The position numbers were made by a program, and so were the translations under genes. Below, one piece after another: positions 37,735-51,799 of a stretch of 64,000 nucleotides of DNA. The DNA comes from Lama glama (Eukaryota), in assembly GCA_028534125.1 (NCBI GenBank), contig CM052817.1, forward strand, positions 85,252,001-85,316,000, given 5' to 3'. Below the pieces are notes generated by a model. It did not search any database and had not been told where the DNA came from. It saw only the letters and a program-made list of their open reading frames with translations. Within the stretch, counting starts at the first letter, position 1, and each line of letters opens with the position of its first letter.

Positions 37735-38893
37735 AAAAGATCAATAGACTATATTTTAAAGCATTTTTAGGTTCATAGCAGAACAATGAATAGTACAAAG
37801 AGTTTACATATAACCCCTCCACCCACCCTGCCACAGTTTCTTACTATTAACAAGTTACATCAGTATGGTTATAACATTTATTGTAATCAATGAATCAACA
37901 TTGACACATCACTACCAACTGAAGTCTACAATTTACGTTAGAGTTCATCTTGGTATTGTACATTCTCTGAGTTTTCAAAGATGTGTAATAAGTAGTATCC
38001 ACTATGTTCTTACCGTATAGTTTCACTGCCCTAGAAATCTCTTGTGCTCCACCTATTCATCCCTCTTTCTGAAAACCACCAATCTTTTTTACAGCCTCAG
38101 TAGTTTTGCCCTTTCTACAGTATCGCATAGTTGGAATCATAATCATATGTAGCCTTTAAAGATGGGCTTCTTTCATTTAAAAATATGCCTTTAAGTTTTC
38201 TCCTTTTGTGTGTGTGTGGTTTGATAACATTTATTTTTAGAGCTGAATAATATTTAGTTGTATGAATGTATTATAGTTAATTTATTCACCCATTAAAGGG
38301 TATCTTGGTTGCTTGTAACTTTTGGCAATTATGAATAAAGCTGCTGTTAACATTCATGTGCAGTTTTTTTGTGTTGACATAAATTTTCAACTCTTTAGTA
38401 ATTAACAAAGATCATGACTGTTGGACTGTTTGATAAGAGCATGTTTAAGTTTTTGAAGAAACTATAGAACTGACTTCCAAAATTGCTGTACTGTTTTTCA
38501 TTCCCACCAGCAGTGAATTGGAGTTCCTGTTGCTCCATATCTTCACCAGCATTTGATGTTACAGTGTTTAGGATTTTAGCCCTTCTGTAGCGGTATCTCA
38601 CTGTTTTGAATTTTTAATTCCCTAATTACAACTGATATTAAGTATCTTTTCATATGCTTAGCTGCTGACTGAATGTCTTCTTTGGTAAAGTGTCTGATTT
38701 TTGCCCATGTTGAGGGGGCAAAAGGTCTTTTGCCCATTTTTTAGCTAGGTTATTTGTTTTATTATCACTCTTAAAATCTTTAAGAAACCGTTTTTTAAAC
38801 TCTTGAGTTTTAAGAGTTCTTTGTAGATTTTGGATATGTCTTTATCAGGTATGTCTGTGGCTTGTCTTATTCTCTTGATAGTGTCTTTTGCAG
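37735..38893 (-). mobile_element. L1MC1/2-type 3' end (ORF2 C-terminus and 3' UTR)
   Basis: ATAGACTATATTTTAAAGCATTTTTAGGTTCATAGC, AATGAATCAACATTGACACATCA, CATTCCCACCAGCAGTGAAT, CTTCTTTGGTAAAGTGTCTG. Confidence 0.88.
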
Positions 38894-39649
38894 ATCAGCT
38901 CCATCTAAAATATATTGACTTTTCATCACCACAAAATATATTGACTTCCTCCATTTTCTTTGATACTGTAAGATATCTATGTAATGCTATATTCATATTT
39001 ATATCTGTATCTGTAGCTGTATAGAGAGATTTACATATGCTATATATAGATCTATATATACATATATATTTTTAAATTTGTTATCATTTTTAATCCATAG
39101 TCCTGATAACCCAGTTTAAAATTCTTTACCTTACCATCATCATTCACAATATCACATTTATTGACCTGTTTTCTTTATAACATTTTTCACTGTCCAACTA
39201 CTTTTCTTTATTATTATATCAGCCTCAGTGAGAGCAAGGGTTTTGTTTCTCTTGCACATATAAGCAAACCTGCCATATTTGGTCACTCAGTATATACTTC
39301 TTATATTAGTGAATGTAGAGACAGTTTTCCAAATGCACATACTATTATATCATTTTGTGAAAGTTGTTCATTTTTTTGTCCTCTGAAATTGTGATGTGCC
39401 ATTTTTCATAATCTAATCTAAATAGAAGATAAATCTTGTTAATTATTAAATTGGGATTGAGTATCAACTTTATCACTGGTGATATACTGAAAATTATAAA
39501 TATTAAATTTTTATTGAAAGAAAAACATTATTTGCATTTATTCAACAAATATTTTATGCACAGAAGTAGGATAATGGTGAGAGGGATTTATAATATAATC
39601 AGGCATATTACTTGTCATTAAAAAGCCCATTAAGCATAGAGAAATAATA

Positions 39650-40149
39650 NNNNNNNNNNNNNNNNNNNNNNNNNNNNNNNNNNNNNNNNNNNNNNNNNNN
39701 NNNNNNNNNNNNNNNNNNNNNNNNNNNNNNNNNNNNNNNNNNNNNNNNNNNNNNNNNNNNNNNNNNNNNNNNNNNNNNNNNNNNNNNNNNNNNNNNNNNN
39801 NNNNNNNNNNNNNNNNNNNNNNNNNNNNNNNNNNNNNNNNNNNNNNNNNNNNNNNNNNNNNNNNNNNNNNNNNNNNNNNNNNNNNNNNNNNNNNNNNNNN
39901 NNNNNNNNNNNNNNNNNNNNNNNNNNNNNNNNNNNNNNNNNNNNNNNNNNNNNNNNNNNNNNNNNNNNNNNNNNNNNNNNNNNNNNNNNNNNNNNNNNNN
40001 NNNNNNNNNNNNNNNNNNNNNNNNNNNNNNNNNNNNNNNNNNNNNNNNNNNNNNNNNNNNNNNNNNNNNNNNNNNNNNNNNNNNNNNNNNNNNNNNNNNN
40101 NNNNNNNNNNNNNNNNNNNNNNNNNNNNNNNNNNNNNNNNNNNNNNNNN
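39650..40149. other. assembly gap (500 N)
   Basis: Run of N. Confidence 1.
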
Positions 40150-43039
40150 CAGGATATAGATCCAGGTGCAACTTCTGCCTCTCTTTCCTTATGCCTTATG
40201 TCACATTTATACTGAATTACAAGCAATAACCTTGATGCATTGTGTTATGATGCACTGTGTTAAGTTACTGAGCTTTTCCTTTGACCTGACACAGTGCCTT
40301 TTCTCCTTATTTTTCTAGCAAACTCCTACTCATCATAGGAGAGCTTGTTCCCTGGAGCCATCTCCCTTATCCTTCCAGTCAGATGTCACTTCTTCTGTTG
40401 CTCCCCTTATGAACTGTTGCATACTGTTCGTTACAGCTGTACTGTGAGCAGAGGTTTCCCCAACATTTGCTCCCTAGAACTTAGCACTGTGGCTGGCGTA
40501 TACTAGGATCTCATTTATAGTTTCTTAAACATGTGAAAAATTAATTCTGCTGTATCATTTTTTCATAATAAATCAAGCTAATAAAAAAGTCTTTGAGATC
40601 CGATCAGGACCACTTTCTCTGAAGTGAAAGCAAAAAGCAAATGGCTAAGTTGATGAAAGTGGTTAACTGAATAAAGATTCACTTTAGAAAGAGGAAAGAT
40701 GGTGACGAGAATGGTGAAAAGACAATCAACAATATTTGCCACAATGGCACCATTCTATGTGATGTTGAAATATTGAATACTTTTTAAATTAGAGGAAAAT
40801 GAGGCACTGCTTTTATTATATCTATATACATATACAGGTGCAATACATAAAGCACATCTATTTATTGAGTGTTCCTATATTTTATAATGTATTATATCAT
40901 ATAAAAATATTCTTTTTGTTCAAATTTATGTCAGCTGTTTCCCGCTACTAGAGAAAATAGACTTCTAAATAAAGAGAATGTGGAGAGGAGGGAGGCAGTA
41001 ATATTCTGCTGGTGATTTAGGGCTGAGCCAGCTGATGCTCAGCTATTCAGCAAGAGAACAACTCTTGAAGAGGGTTGTGAATTAGGCTGGCTGAAACTCA
41101 ACAATTCTAGAGAACAACAACAACAACACAGATTTAGCCAAGAGGAAGTAAAGGACTGAACACTGTGAAAGACTTAATGAAACAGATGGCTCATTGTTTT
41201 GCTGTGGAGCCACTACAATCAAGTCTGTTTTTAACCCATTTTAAAGACTCATGTATTGATATTTCAAAAAGTAAATTCTAGTTCTAGAGAATCTATCAAG
41301 CAGTAATATTTTTGTCCTGAACAGTTGAGTGATAGTGATGAACTAAACATTGTTTAGAAGAATGAATTTGCAAGGGACTGTGTATTCATTTTTTAAAATG
41401 TGAGTTAACTTCAATTTCTATCATGGATAAATTTCTTAATAAAAGATTGGAAGAACAGTGGGGAAATATAACGTTAATGAGTGGTCACCAATTTCCATGT
41501 TGGTGAAATTGAAATAACCACAAATTATGATATCCTTCATAATTGAGAATAAACATTATTCAATGGCACATCATTTTACAACTCATTTGTCACGTAAAAA
41601 CTAGAAAGCGTAGTTTGGCCAGGCCAACTTCTAACTTGGGCTCCCTTCACAGGGAGGTATATACCTCGGTTTGAGTAAGAAAATCAGCTGACAGTCACTT
41701 GCTGCAATTAGAAATATACTGACAGCTCATTGTTGCTCCAGAATATTTTGCTGTGTTTCTAATCTTGCTTTTCACCTGCCTTAAAATTTTAATTATTTTA
41801 AGATGAGTTTTATAATACTTAAATAACCTATTGTTGAATTACTGATATTAAATATGCTATTTATTTATTCATTCAGCCATTTTTTTTTCTGAAATTGCTG
41901 GTAGAGTCAAGCACTAGCCTCTCCCTTTGCCATGAGTATCGACCACAAATTTTTCTGTTAATACAGTATCACAAAATAGTTGATTTTTGTCTCCTTTTTT
42001 TAAAAAGGGGCAGGGTCTCTAGGAAGAGAGATACTGGCATAGAGTCGATGATGGGATTGGTTCCTTAGTCACTGCTCTGTAGCTCTTTTCTCCTTCTGCA
42101 GCATTTTCTTGAAGAGGTCATCTGTACTCAGTATGTACCCTTTCACAAGTGCCATTCTTTATTCTGAACTGTCTTGATTTTGCCTCACCCATTGTTTTGA
42201 ATTTATCTTACTTACTTCTTTAATTCATTTAATTGTGAAAAACAAATGTTTCTTTCTAGACCTCAACCTTCTTGAAAATCTCTGCTGCATTTCTGTTAGC
42301 CCCTGGCTTGTTGTGTCTTTTTTAGTGGAAAAGTCTGTAGCCCCACTTGAAGGTTCCACTCGCACCTTCCCCTGAACCAGCCAGTTACCTTCAGTGAAGG
42401 GTGTTTGTCAGCAGCTGCAGCAATCCAGTCTTTGAGGTCCAGCTTGCTGCTGTGGATCTGGTTTTTATTTTATCTTATTTTTTTGTAGGCGTCCTAAGCA
42501 GTCATGTACTTACCAAGTTCCAGTTTTTTGAGGTGTTTTACTTGTCTGAGAGGCTCAGATCCTTGTTCAGCTCCCCCTAGATGGAAGCTGTTGGTATCAG
42601 CATTCTAAATTTACCTCTTCCCAGCATTTGTTTTAATCTATGTAAGAATCCCTTTAGGATGTTTTGTTTGTTTGTTTGTTTGTTTTTAATGCAGATCCAT
42701 GAACCCTTGCGAATTGGGAGTCTGCAAATGATAAGGCCAGTAAATCTACATTTTAATGATTATTTTCAAGTGATTGTGATTTGCCTGTCTTAGAAGCTAC
42801 TTAGGAAAAAAAACAAGTTAGCATTAAGACAGTAACTAGAATGCTTTTTAAAAATATGATATTTCTAGTTGCTTGATATTTAGCAATGCCTACCATGTTT
42901 ATTTTTTGCTATAATCCTCCATTTGAAAGCATGTGATTTCTCATGTTAAAATGTGTCTAAATCAAGCTGGCTGCCATTTTGCTAACTTTTTTTCCTGTTT
43001 TAATGTGTTGAGTAAAGTACTTTGAGCTGAAGTTTGTCT

Positions 43040-43505
43040 GACTTTAAGTGGCTTCAACAGTAGGGATGTTAATTAACCATCATGATAAAATGTCAAAAGG
43101 TTACGGTATTAGAGTTAGTTTGGTGACTCAGTACTGTTATCAAGGACCCCAGTTCTTCTATCTTTTTCTGCTGTTTTATCCTAAGTATACTGATACTTAT
43201 CCTCAGGCTTAAGCCCTTAGAGGTACAAGACAGGAAGTCACACAGTAAAAACAGCTGTCACAGCTTCAGGCAACATGTCCTCAGTTGTATCTAAAGGCAG
43301 AAAAAAGGAGAGGAGCTTTTTCATCATGTCACTCTTTCCTTTTGCATGGGAGAATTACTTTTCTTTTTTTTCCAAAAGCATCACAGTGGACTTCTTCATA
43401 TGACTGAATGTCCAAAAGCATTCTTTTTATGCCCAGGTTAATCAGTGTGATGATATCAGGATCATTTTATACCCCAGAGGCTATAGGAAGATCCCAGGTT
43501 CCCTG
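43040..43505 (-). mobile_element. MaLR LTR (old MLT1)
   Basis: AAGTGGCTTCAACAGT, TCAAGGACCCCAGTTCTT, CAGCTTCAGGCAACATGTCC, GGACTTCTTCATATGACTGA. Confidence 0.6.
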
Positions 43506-43522
43506 ATTATCCACAAATACAA

Positions 43523-43573
<51 letters not shown>
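43523..43573. repeat. perfect (AAT)17 microsatellite
   Basis: 51 bp of uninterrupted AAT. Confidence 0.97.
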
Positions 43574-43578
<5 letters not shown>

Positions 43579-44529
43579 ATTCATCTGATTATTTTGTGAG
43601 AGTGGATAAATATATCATTTAAAATTGATGTAATAAGTTATTTTCATTAAATATGTATATACTTAAATTAACAAGTTAAATATAATTATATTTTCCAATA
43701 TTATCTAAAACCCTAGACTTTATACATTCAAGTTGAGCAACAAAGTTTTTAATGGATCTTTTTAGTGGGAAAAAGGAATTCACCATATTTCTGCTGTTGA
43801 CAAATGTTCAAGATCATTAGATGTGTCAGGTGTCATATGTCCTTTATAGTGAATGTCTTTTTGAGTTGACGTATTGGTTATACTTAGATACTTCTTGATA
43901 AAATCCTTTACTTGTTTACATAATCAACCTACTCCCCTAGTTCTCTTCCTACTTATCTCATTAATTCATATCTATTAATAATCTCACAGATGTTGCAAAT
44001 TTTCAGACACTTTATTTTTAGTCCTCTTTGCTCATGGTCACTCTAAGAATTTCATTTAATTACATCATTTAACAGCTAAGCTATGGGAGGGATGCTGAAA
44101 TCTGTTACTTTAGCTTTGATCTCTCTTCCGTATTTTCACCTTCTGACAATACACACACATTCCAAACTCAGATTTATCCAAAGCAGGTACTGTACTTCCA
44201 TCCTAATACTCTCACTAAGTCTGCTTCTTGTGTCTCATTTAACACCATGACTATGGTTCTTCAAGCCCTATTGTTATCTAAAATTACATTCTTGGCAAAT
44301 CACTCAAGTGGGATTATACTTCCCTAGGTAATGTGAGTAAAGAAAAGTGAAAAAAGGCACTGTGCTATCAGTACTTTCAAGTCTCAAAAAGGATGTAAGT
44401 TATGCCTGAAATAATTGTAATTTATTCAACTGTTTGGAGTTAATCAGTGTTTTTCTTTCAGTTGTATCCTCCATACACTGAATTAGCAAATCCTTTTGAA
44501 TCACATAAGAAATAAGATCCAGAAAAAAA

Positions 44530-45216
44530 ACCCTGTTATTCAGGACCTCCACCATCACAGCTATGTAGAAACCAGCATTGTCTTTAACAGAGAATTGTGT
44601 AACTGATTCTTAACTACTCTACCTTTTTTCAGCATGTGCACACACACAATTTCCCTACAGCAGCTAAAGGAATCTTCTGCTCAAAACCCAATGATCTCCA
44701 TTCTTTCTTAGAGTAAAAGCAAGAATCTTTACAGTGACCTAAACATGAACTTCACCTCCTTTCTCTTCTCAAACTTAACTCCTAACAATCTCAGCCTTAA
44801 TTACTTTCCTCTAGCCACGCATGCCATCTGGAATCGAAGTCTTCACAGGACTGTCTTCTCTGTGTGGAAGGCCCTTTGCCCTATGTATCTTCAGGACTTT
44901 CTTCCTTAATGCCTTTAGGTCTGTGTCCAAAAGATAGCCTAAGGAAAAAGACCTCTATGACCACCATATTTAAAATAATACAACCCACCTCCAGTACCTT
45001 CTAAGTGTTTTACCCATGTGTTTTTTTTCCTTTGTACTTATTACCACCTATTTGGTCAGTCTATTTATCTATCTAGCTCCCCATAAAGAATGGAAGCTCT
45101 ATGAGGGCAGGGCCTTTTTTTCTGTTTCTTTCACTGTTGTGTTTCCAGTATATAGCATAATGTCTTAACATATAAATCATGCTCTGAAATATTTATAAGT
45201 AAACAAATGAATAAAT
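44530..45216 (+). mobile_element. L2a-type 3' end
   Basis: CTGCTCAAAACCC..TTAGAGTAAAAGC..TTACAGTGACCT, GAATGGAAGCTCTATGAGGGCAGGG, AAATATTT..AAATGAATAAAT. Confidence 0.8.
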
Positions 45217-45970
45217 AGTGTGGACTATATACATAATTTCCAAAACTAGGTGGAGAAAAGAAAGTGGACTAAAGGGAACTGGTATTTTATGAATTCCTAT
45301 CAGCCATACATATTGTTCTTCATATAACATACACAAAATTAAAGCATATACCAATCTTGACTGTTTGGCAACATGAAATAGAAAATCATTTATACTTTCC
45401 CATTGAAAAGGTCCATTAAATAGTTTTTGGGCTATTTGAATCTATCAATTTGAGGATTTTGATAATATTGAAAACTACATATTTAACTTGTTTATAATGT
45501 AATTAAAATAGCATCATGCATTAATTTAAAATACCAAAGTTCTGGTCTCATAATACATGAAATCATTTTATTGAACTACTCATATATCTCTTAGACATTA
45601 ATGTCATTACCTAACACAGTCCTTGTCTCCTATTCTCTCTCATCTAAACTGTCCAAGGTGAATCATGTGTGATACAAGATACTGTGACCTAAAATCACAA
45701 ATTCCATAGTAATAAAATTAGGAGTATGAGTTTCCTTTTACAGTTTTTTTTTCTTATAGATAGAATTGTGACCTTCACAGTGTGGCAACTTATTTTATAG
45801 TTTTCAAATCTTTACAGTTTTTTTGTCTTCTGTTTCCCTCTTTCTCTTTCTCTTTAACAGTGATAACGAACACTTCCGACTGTGAGAGCGTGTACTCAGA
45901 AGTGATGACTAGATCTGTGTTTGTTGTTGTTGTTATTGTTGTTTGGCTCTTGTTTTACTAATTATGTCAA

Positions 45971-45983
45971 GTTACCTAGTAAC
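45971..45983. promoter_or_regulatory. RFX X-box motif
   Basis: GTTACCTAGTAAC fits GTTRCC(N)RGYAAC. Motif match only; function unknown. Confidence 0.35.
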
Positions 45984-46619
45984 CTCTAACCTCATCTAGA
46001 GACGACTGTTTTTCCTAACATATATCTTGAGTAGTTCTCCCTAAAGAAAACGTAAAAAAGGCTGTCGATATAACATAAGTCCGTAAAAGCTCACAATGAA
46101 GTGCTCTCTATTTCCTAAGGGTAAATTCTCAAGGAGAAAAACTCACATAATATTTGCACATGTATACTAATTTATCTCTTAATAATTATAGCATCTCTGA
46201 GTTGGGTATTGTGAACTCCAGGAATAGAGAAGAGCGGGTGGATTTCCACTGTGGGAATTCAGAAGTGTCTTGAGGAGAGTGGTAGGAAGATTAGATATAG
46301 ATATGATTTAGATGAAGTAAATGATGGGTTGAGTCATTCCAGGTGGAGGAACAGGGAATGTGAAAGCATGGCTTTAGACAGAAGTGCAGGCTACGAGTGG
46401 AAGAAATAAGAGCCCTCTTTATCACACGCTGGTACTTCTGGTTTGTCCAGAACCCCAGTATTAAAAAGTCTGGAAAGGGAACATGATTTTATGATGCAGA
46501 ACTTAGCTGTCTTGGTAAGAAAATTGGTCTTTAATCCATAGTGAGGAGACATTAGAAATTTCTACAAGGTTAGAATGATTGTGGGTCTGTCATATGCCTG
46601 CTGTTTGCCCTCATTTAAT

Positions 46620-46750
46620 GTTTGACCTGCTGTTTGACTTCATTTAATCATAATAACAATCCTGAGAGACACGTGTTACTTTCATTTTACAGATCGGGAA
46701 AAGCCAATATTATAGCAGTAAAATAATGCCCCAAGTGACACTGAAATAGA
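46620..46750 (-). mobile_element. MIR (within a degenerate minus-strand L2, ~46200-47000)
   Basis: TCATTTAATCATAATAACAATCCTGAGAG..CATTTTACAGAT..AATGCCCCAAGTGACAC. Confidence 0.65.
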
Positions 46751-48439
46751 CCTAAAATTCATTTTTTCTTATGTTTCAGTTGTCTCCTGTCTCTACCTTA
46801 GCAAGATGACAGTATGTAGAATGATTTGGAGAGCGAGGGGGCTAGAAGAGGAGCAAGGAGACTAGCTGGAAAGGTACTGAAATTAGATGTGATGAGTTTT
46901 AATGCAAACTAAGGAGTTGAGCATAAGGGAATGTTATAGCTGTAATTACTAGAAGTGAATTTATCTGCTGTTAAATTTGGTTTTGAAGAATATTGGAAAA
47001 TATTGTGATAAGAGATATTTGATGATTTAGTTTCAGTCTGATGAGAAATATACAAGATTATTAACCCTAACATTAACCTCATTTAAAATTGTTAAATAGA
47101 CCTGTTATTTACCTTAGTCACATAAAACACAATGATAGGTAGAATCTTATATTAAGAAGTAGTAAAAATGTGTACAGCACTGGATTTCCTTTCTGGTGTT
47201 CACACACTGGAAACATAGTACCAATATTCATATAAATAATGTTCTAAGATATACTTTCTGTCACCAACAATGTAACAGTATCAATAAGCAATTTATTTCA
47301 AAAGGTCCTTTCATCCAAAGAACTCAAAAGTATTATAAACATTAATTACATTTAAAAGTCTCCAAGGGTTAGATTCATTTGGGTAAATTTCTCTTATAGA
47401 ATCACCTACATATAATGGTGTTAAGTAATAATATACCCAATAATCAGAGCATCTGAAGCACAGGATTAACATAAGTCTTAATAAAGATGATGCTAATAGA
47501 AAATTTTACTTTGTGGTGTCACTTTTTTATTATCAACACAATCTTTATAAACCCTTCTCTAAATCACAGTGAAATTCTCAAAAAACACATACCAAAGATC
47601 AGAGGTGGATTTTCTCTGTAGACAATGAATTGTAAACTTTGGTTCCCCTCACCTGCACATCCATTTCCATGACCCTGGTAGATGTCCTAAAAGTGTGTTG
47701 TTCACAAGGTCGTGGGAAATAGTAGCCAAGTCTATAAAATGTATGTGGAAGATGAAATTCTCCTGATGTTACTTTCTGGGTAAATGAGTTGGCATTTGTG
47801 TCCCTAGGTTGACAAAAATTTACACTCCTCACTTGTGTCATTAACAATCATATATTCCAGCCCAGAATATCAAACAATAGTTTGCTCATGAGAGCAATTT
47901 CAGGGAGCATTGTATAGGAAAGTAAAACAGGGAAAGAATGAGTTTCTCAATATAGCTGAAAAATGTTTTCCTTCTCCAAAAAATAACTTTAAGCTTTATA
48001 TGTTCTGTTGTTGAACTCTATTTAATTTTGAAGTAAAAGCAATATCAGAGAAAATGTTGTCCATCTTTTTTCAGCTTAACTATATATCGCTAGTTATCAA
48101 TTTCTAACATAATACAAGTTTTACAAGAATAAGTGGAACAGGACAAATAAAGAATCAAGGCCTATGTTCCTTTGCAGGGGAAAAATCTACAGTAGTAGGT
48201 AGTTTATAATCCTGTGCAACATGAGCACTGTATCCCTGAAATGGAGAAAAGAGAGAGTACTAGACTTTCTTCCCTCCCCATGTGCTCTGCAAATTGGACA
48301 AGAGATCTCTTTCTTTCTGGATGAACACTGGTTCTGGCAAGGGATTAGGAACTTGCATAAAATGTCTCAAGTGAATTCAAAATTAGAAGCAGAAGACAGA
48401 AATTATAAACAACACATGATGGGCAAAGAAGAACTGGAA

Positions 48440-48615
48440 CAGTACTGCTCAACAGTACTTTCTGGGATGATAGAAATGTGGCTATTGCATAGTTGAAATG
48501 TAGCTAAAAAGACAGGTGAACTGAATTTTTTATTTCATTAAATTTAATTAATTTGAATTTAAATAGTCATTTGAATTTAAATAGGCTAGTGGCCACCTTA
48601 GTAGACAGCAAAGAT
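48440..48615. mobile_element. MER3/MER33-like hAT-Charlie MITE
   Basis: ACTTTCTGGGATGATAGAAATGTGGCTATTG..TTGAAATGTAGCTA..GAACTGAATTTTT..GGCTAGTGGCCACC..GACAGCA. Confidence 0.75.
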
Positions 48616-49034
48616 CTGGAAGGTCGTAGTAGTAGTCAGTGTATGTAGCTCTGCTGGGCTAGATATACACAGAATAAAGAATGTCAGTTGAAGGAGAATA
48701 CTGCTAATATGAAAAAAAAAAATAGAGAAGAGAAAATTCATGTGGTCCTGAAGAGGCAGAGAACATAATCTTGGTTTCTGATTTTTAGTTCCTGTTTGTG
48801 TGGGACCTAGCTCGTCTTTGCCCTGTAATTAAATTTGATAAGAAATCTGGTCTCTCCCAATAAAGTTCGTTTATACTTTGAGTTAATTTAGGTAAATTAC
48901 TTTAAAAAACACTTGACTTGGTGAAAGAATCTCACAACAAATGGCAAAATGCCTCCAGACTCCCAGGTAAACTGCAGAAAACAATCCCAGCCCAGCACTT
49001 CCTACCTGGATCTGTGGAGTTACCTGCTTTGCTT

Positions 49035-49275
49035 CCAGTGTGATATAGTAGACAGAACTTGAGTTTACAAGTTGTATAGATCTGAGCTGATATTTTAGCT
49101 CAGTTACTAAGTTGCGTGAGTCTCAGAAAATGGTTCAATATCTGCTATCACTTTATGATCTCTAAAATGAGATGAAGAACAGTCGATAATGATACTAATA
49201 TCACAGAGCTTTGGATATTAGATATGATCATATATATACAGAATCCGTCATAGTGACTGGCATACAGTAGCTAGT
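49035..49275 (+). mobile_element. MIR (near full length, degenerate)
   Basis: CAGTGTGATATAGTAGACAGAAC..TCTCTAAAATGAGATGA..AGTGACTGGCATACAGTAG. Confidence 0.65.
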
Positions 49276-50299
49276 TTACTTTCTCCCTCTCACCTGCTGC
49301 CCATGTCGAGAGCTTGCCGTGCTAAGCTGATAAGCCTGATGTGTTAAGAGTGAGATCACTGGTCAGAGTTCTTTTCACAAGTACTGGTCATCTTTGTGAA
49401 AGGGAAAGAAAGGGAAAGGGGGGTAATTTTTAATATTTGCATTATAGAGAATAACTTAAAATTTGGAAGCTATGTATAAAAATCTCCACATGGACAGTGT
49501 TTTGTTGCCTAATTAATAGTGAAAGGCAATATTACTGAAATATTGAAACAAGATATCATAATTAGGTTTAAATTATCTGAAAGATTCCACAGCAATCTCA
49601 AAAATATGTTTGTTTCTGATGCATTGCTATCTCCTTACCTAAACTTTGGTGAAACTAAATAAATAAATTTATGAAAGAGAAATAACCAAATAAAGGAACA
49701 TATCTTCCTTGGGCAAGATACAGTCTTCCCGAAAATGGAAAAACTCACATTAGAAATTATAATGTGTTACTTTTGTTCCAATCTTAAGCATGTTTGAAAC
49801 AACAACAAAAATTCCAATTTCTACAAAAATGTTCTCTAGGTGGTCATTTGTATACAATTGCAATGTATATGTGGTGTGTATAGAAAATAAATGATTGTCC
49901 AGATGGGAAATGGAAATTCTAAATATAATCCCTATTTATATACATTGGTCATATGATCAATTAGATGAATGAAATCCAGTTTAAATAAATAACCTACACT
50001 GTCACAATCAGTTATTTTAACAACTATAGCCTAGTGTGGCTGGGGCTGAATCTCTCACTTTTACTCAAGGCTCTGCTGTCTCATCTTGATATGGAACATT
50101 AGGTTAGGTGTTTAAATGTTTGTTTAATTTAGTAGAAACAATTTCTGTACTGATTTGTTAAATGCATTTTTAATATTTTTCATACGTCTAGAGGCTAAAC
50201 AAATCATAATTAAAAAGACAAACTGGCCATTATTTTTAATTGAAATAAGAACATCAGAGCTTATATAGCATGTAGACTTGTGTCTAGGTCTATAAGAAC

Positions 50300-51540
50300 A
50301 GAATTAAATGAAAAGCATGTATTTAACAGTCACCTGCATATCTCCCAGACACGTCAAAATTTATGTGGTTGAATAAGAATTGTTCTTTCCTCTAAACTTT
50401 CCCCTCTTCTCTCTAGTATTTTTTAGCTAGCTAATAAGATGCCATCACTTGTCCCATAGGAAGTAAATAGTAATTATCTTTAAATTCTTTTTTTTTTACC
50501 TGTAACTTCTCTACCTCAAATCTGTAATCAACTCCATCTTCCCTTTAATGTCTGTCAACTTGCTTCCTCTTCTGCAATACCTCTGGTCTTCTGCTAGATA
50601 AGGCTTTCACCATATCTCACTTAAAACATTAAAACAACTAGTTCAATCCATTCTCCACAGTGAAACTAGAATGATTTTTATAAAATAAAAATTCAGTGCT
50701 ATTATTGTTCTGGCTACAAACCTACCTAGATCTGTATCTACATTCTGTGGCCTCCCCACTCACAATGGAACAGAAGCTTCCTTCCATATCTGCTCTGAAC
50801 TTTGGTATTGAGCTCTGCATCTCTTGCCATATCATAGTACTTCCCTCCTCCTTTTGTAAAATTTTAAAAATTCCCTTGATATCCCCCTCTAAATATAAAT
50901 ACTTATCTATTTTTATTGTCCTCTCTACTACAGAACATACTTCTGAAATTAACCAATCCACTGAAATTACTTCTGTCAATTAAAAAACAAAACTTTAGTG
51001 TTGCCAAATCCAATGACTCTTCCATGATTTTACCTTATTTCACATTTCAGGAGCATTTTTCTTGCCTTACTTTCCTTTTTTAGATTAGATTTTATGTTAT
51101 CAGCCAGTCCTGATTTTTTGCCTAACTACTTCTTAGTCTTTTTTGCAAGTTCCTTCTCCTAAAACTTTGAATACAGGCATATCCTGGCATCATTCCTGCC
51201 CCCTCTTCTCTATACTTACTTATTAGGAACCCTTATGTAGTACCATATCTTTCAGTATCATTTAAAACTATAGTACTAGCATTCCCATGGACATGAGACA
51301 TATATCCAACCACATCATATCCAAAATAGGTAAGTATTATTTTAAACATAACATATTCAAAATAGAATTTTGATTGTGTCTTCTAAGATTTTCTCCATTG
51401 CAGTAGACGATATCACTGATCACACAGTTACTCACATCAAAAATGCAGTAGTTTTTCTTAATTGCTCTTTCTCCATCCAGTATATCAATATGCCACCCCA
51501 CCCCCACCCCTAAATTATTCTGTTTCCTTCATTTCCACTT
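50300..51540 (+). mobile_element. L2 fragments
   Basis: CAATCCATTCTCCACAGTGAAACTAGAATGATTTT, TTGCCAAATCCAATG, CTCACATCAAAAATGCAGTAGT. Confidence 0.6.
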
Positions 51541-51799
51541 CATAACCCTGAAGTAGGCAAGGTAAACACTGAAAAAAGTTCTGTTTCATTAGAGTTACAA
51601 ATGTCTGTTAATCTAACTAATAAGAGAGAGAAAAGACAAGTCACAGTGTGAGAAATTTTGGCCACATGTATAACTGAGAAAGCACTCATCTATCAGGTGT
51701 AAAGAATTCCTATCAATGGACATATGGACCATGGAAATATATAATATCTTTATTGCTTTGTAGCCTAATTATAATAATATCATAAATAATAATTCTAAC

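Noticed and set aside
39608..40226. Longest ORFs in the track (187 and 198 aa) and the ORF at 24556-24792
   Set aside because: Artefacts of N gaps.
4497..48582. Short local duplications (e.g. 4497-4535, 6289-6313, 46597-46645, 48545-48582)
   Set aside because: Ordinary slippage events, mostly inside TEs. There is no regular repeat-spacer (CRISPR-like) array.
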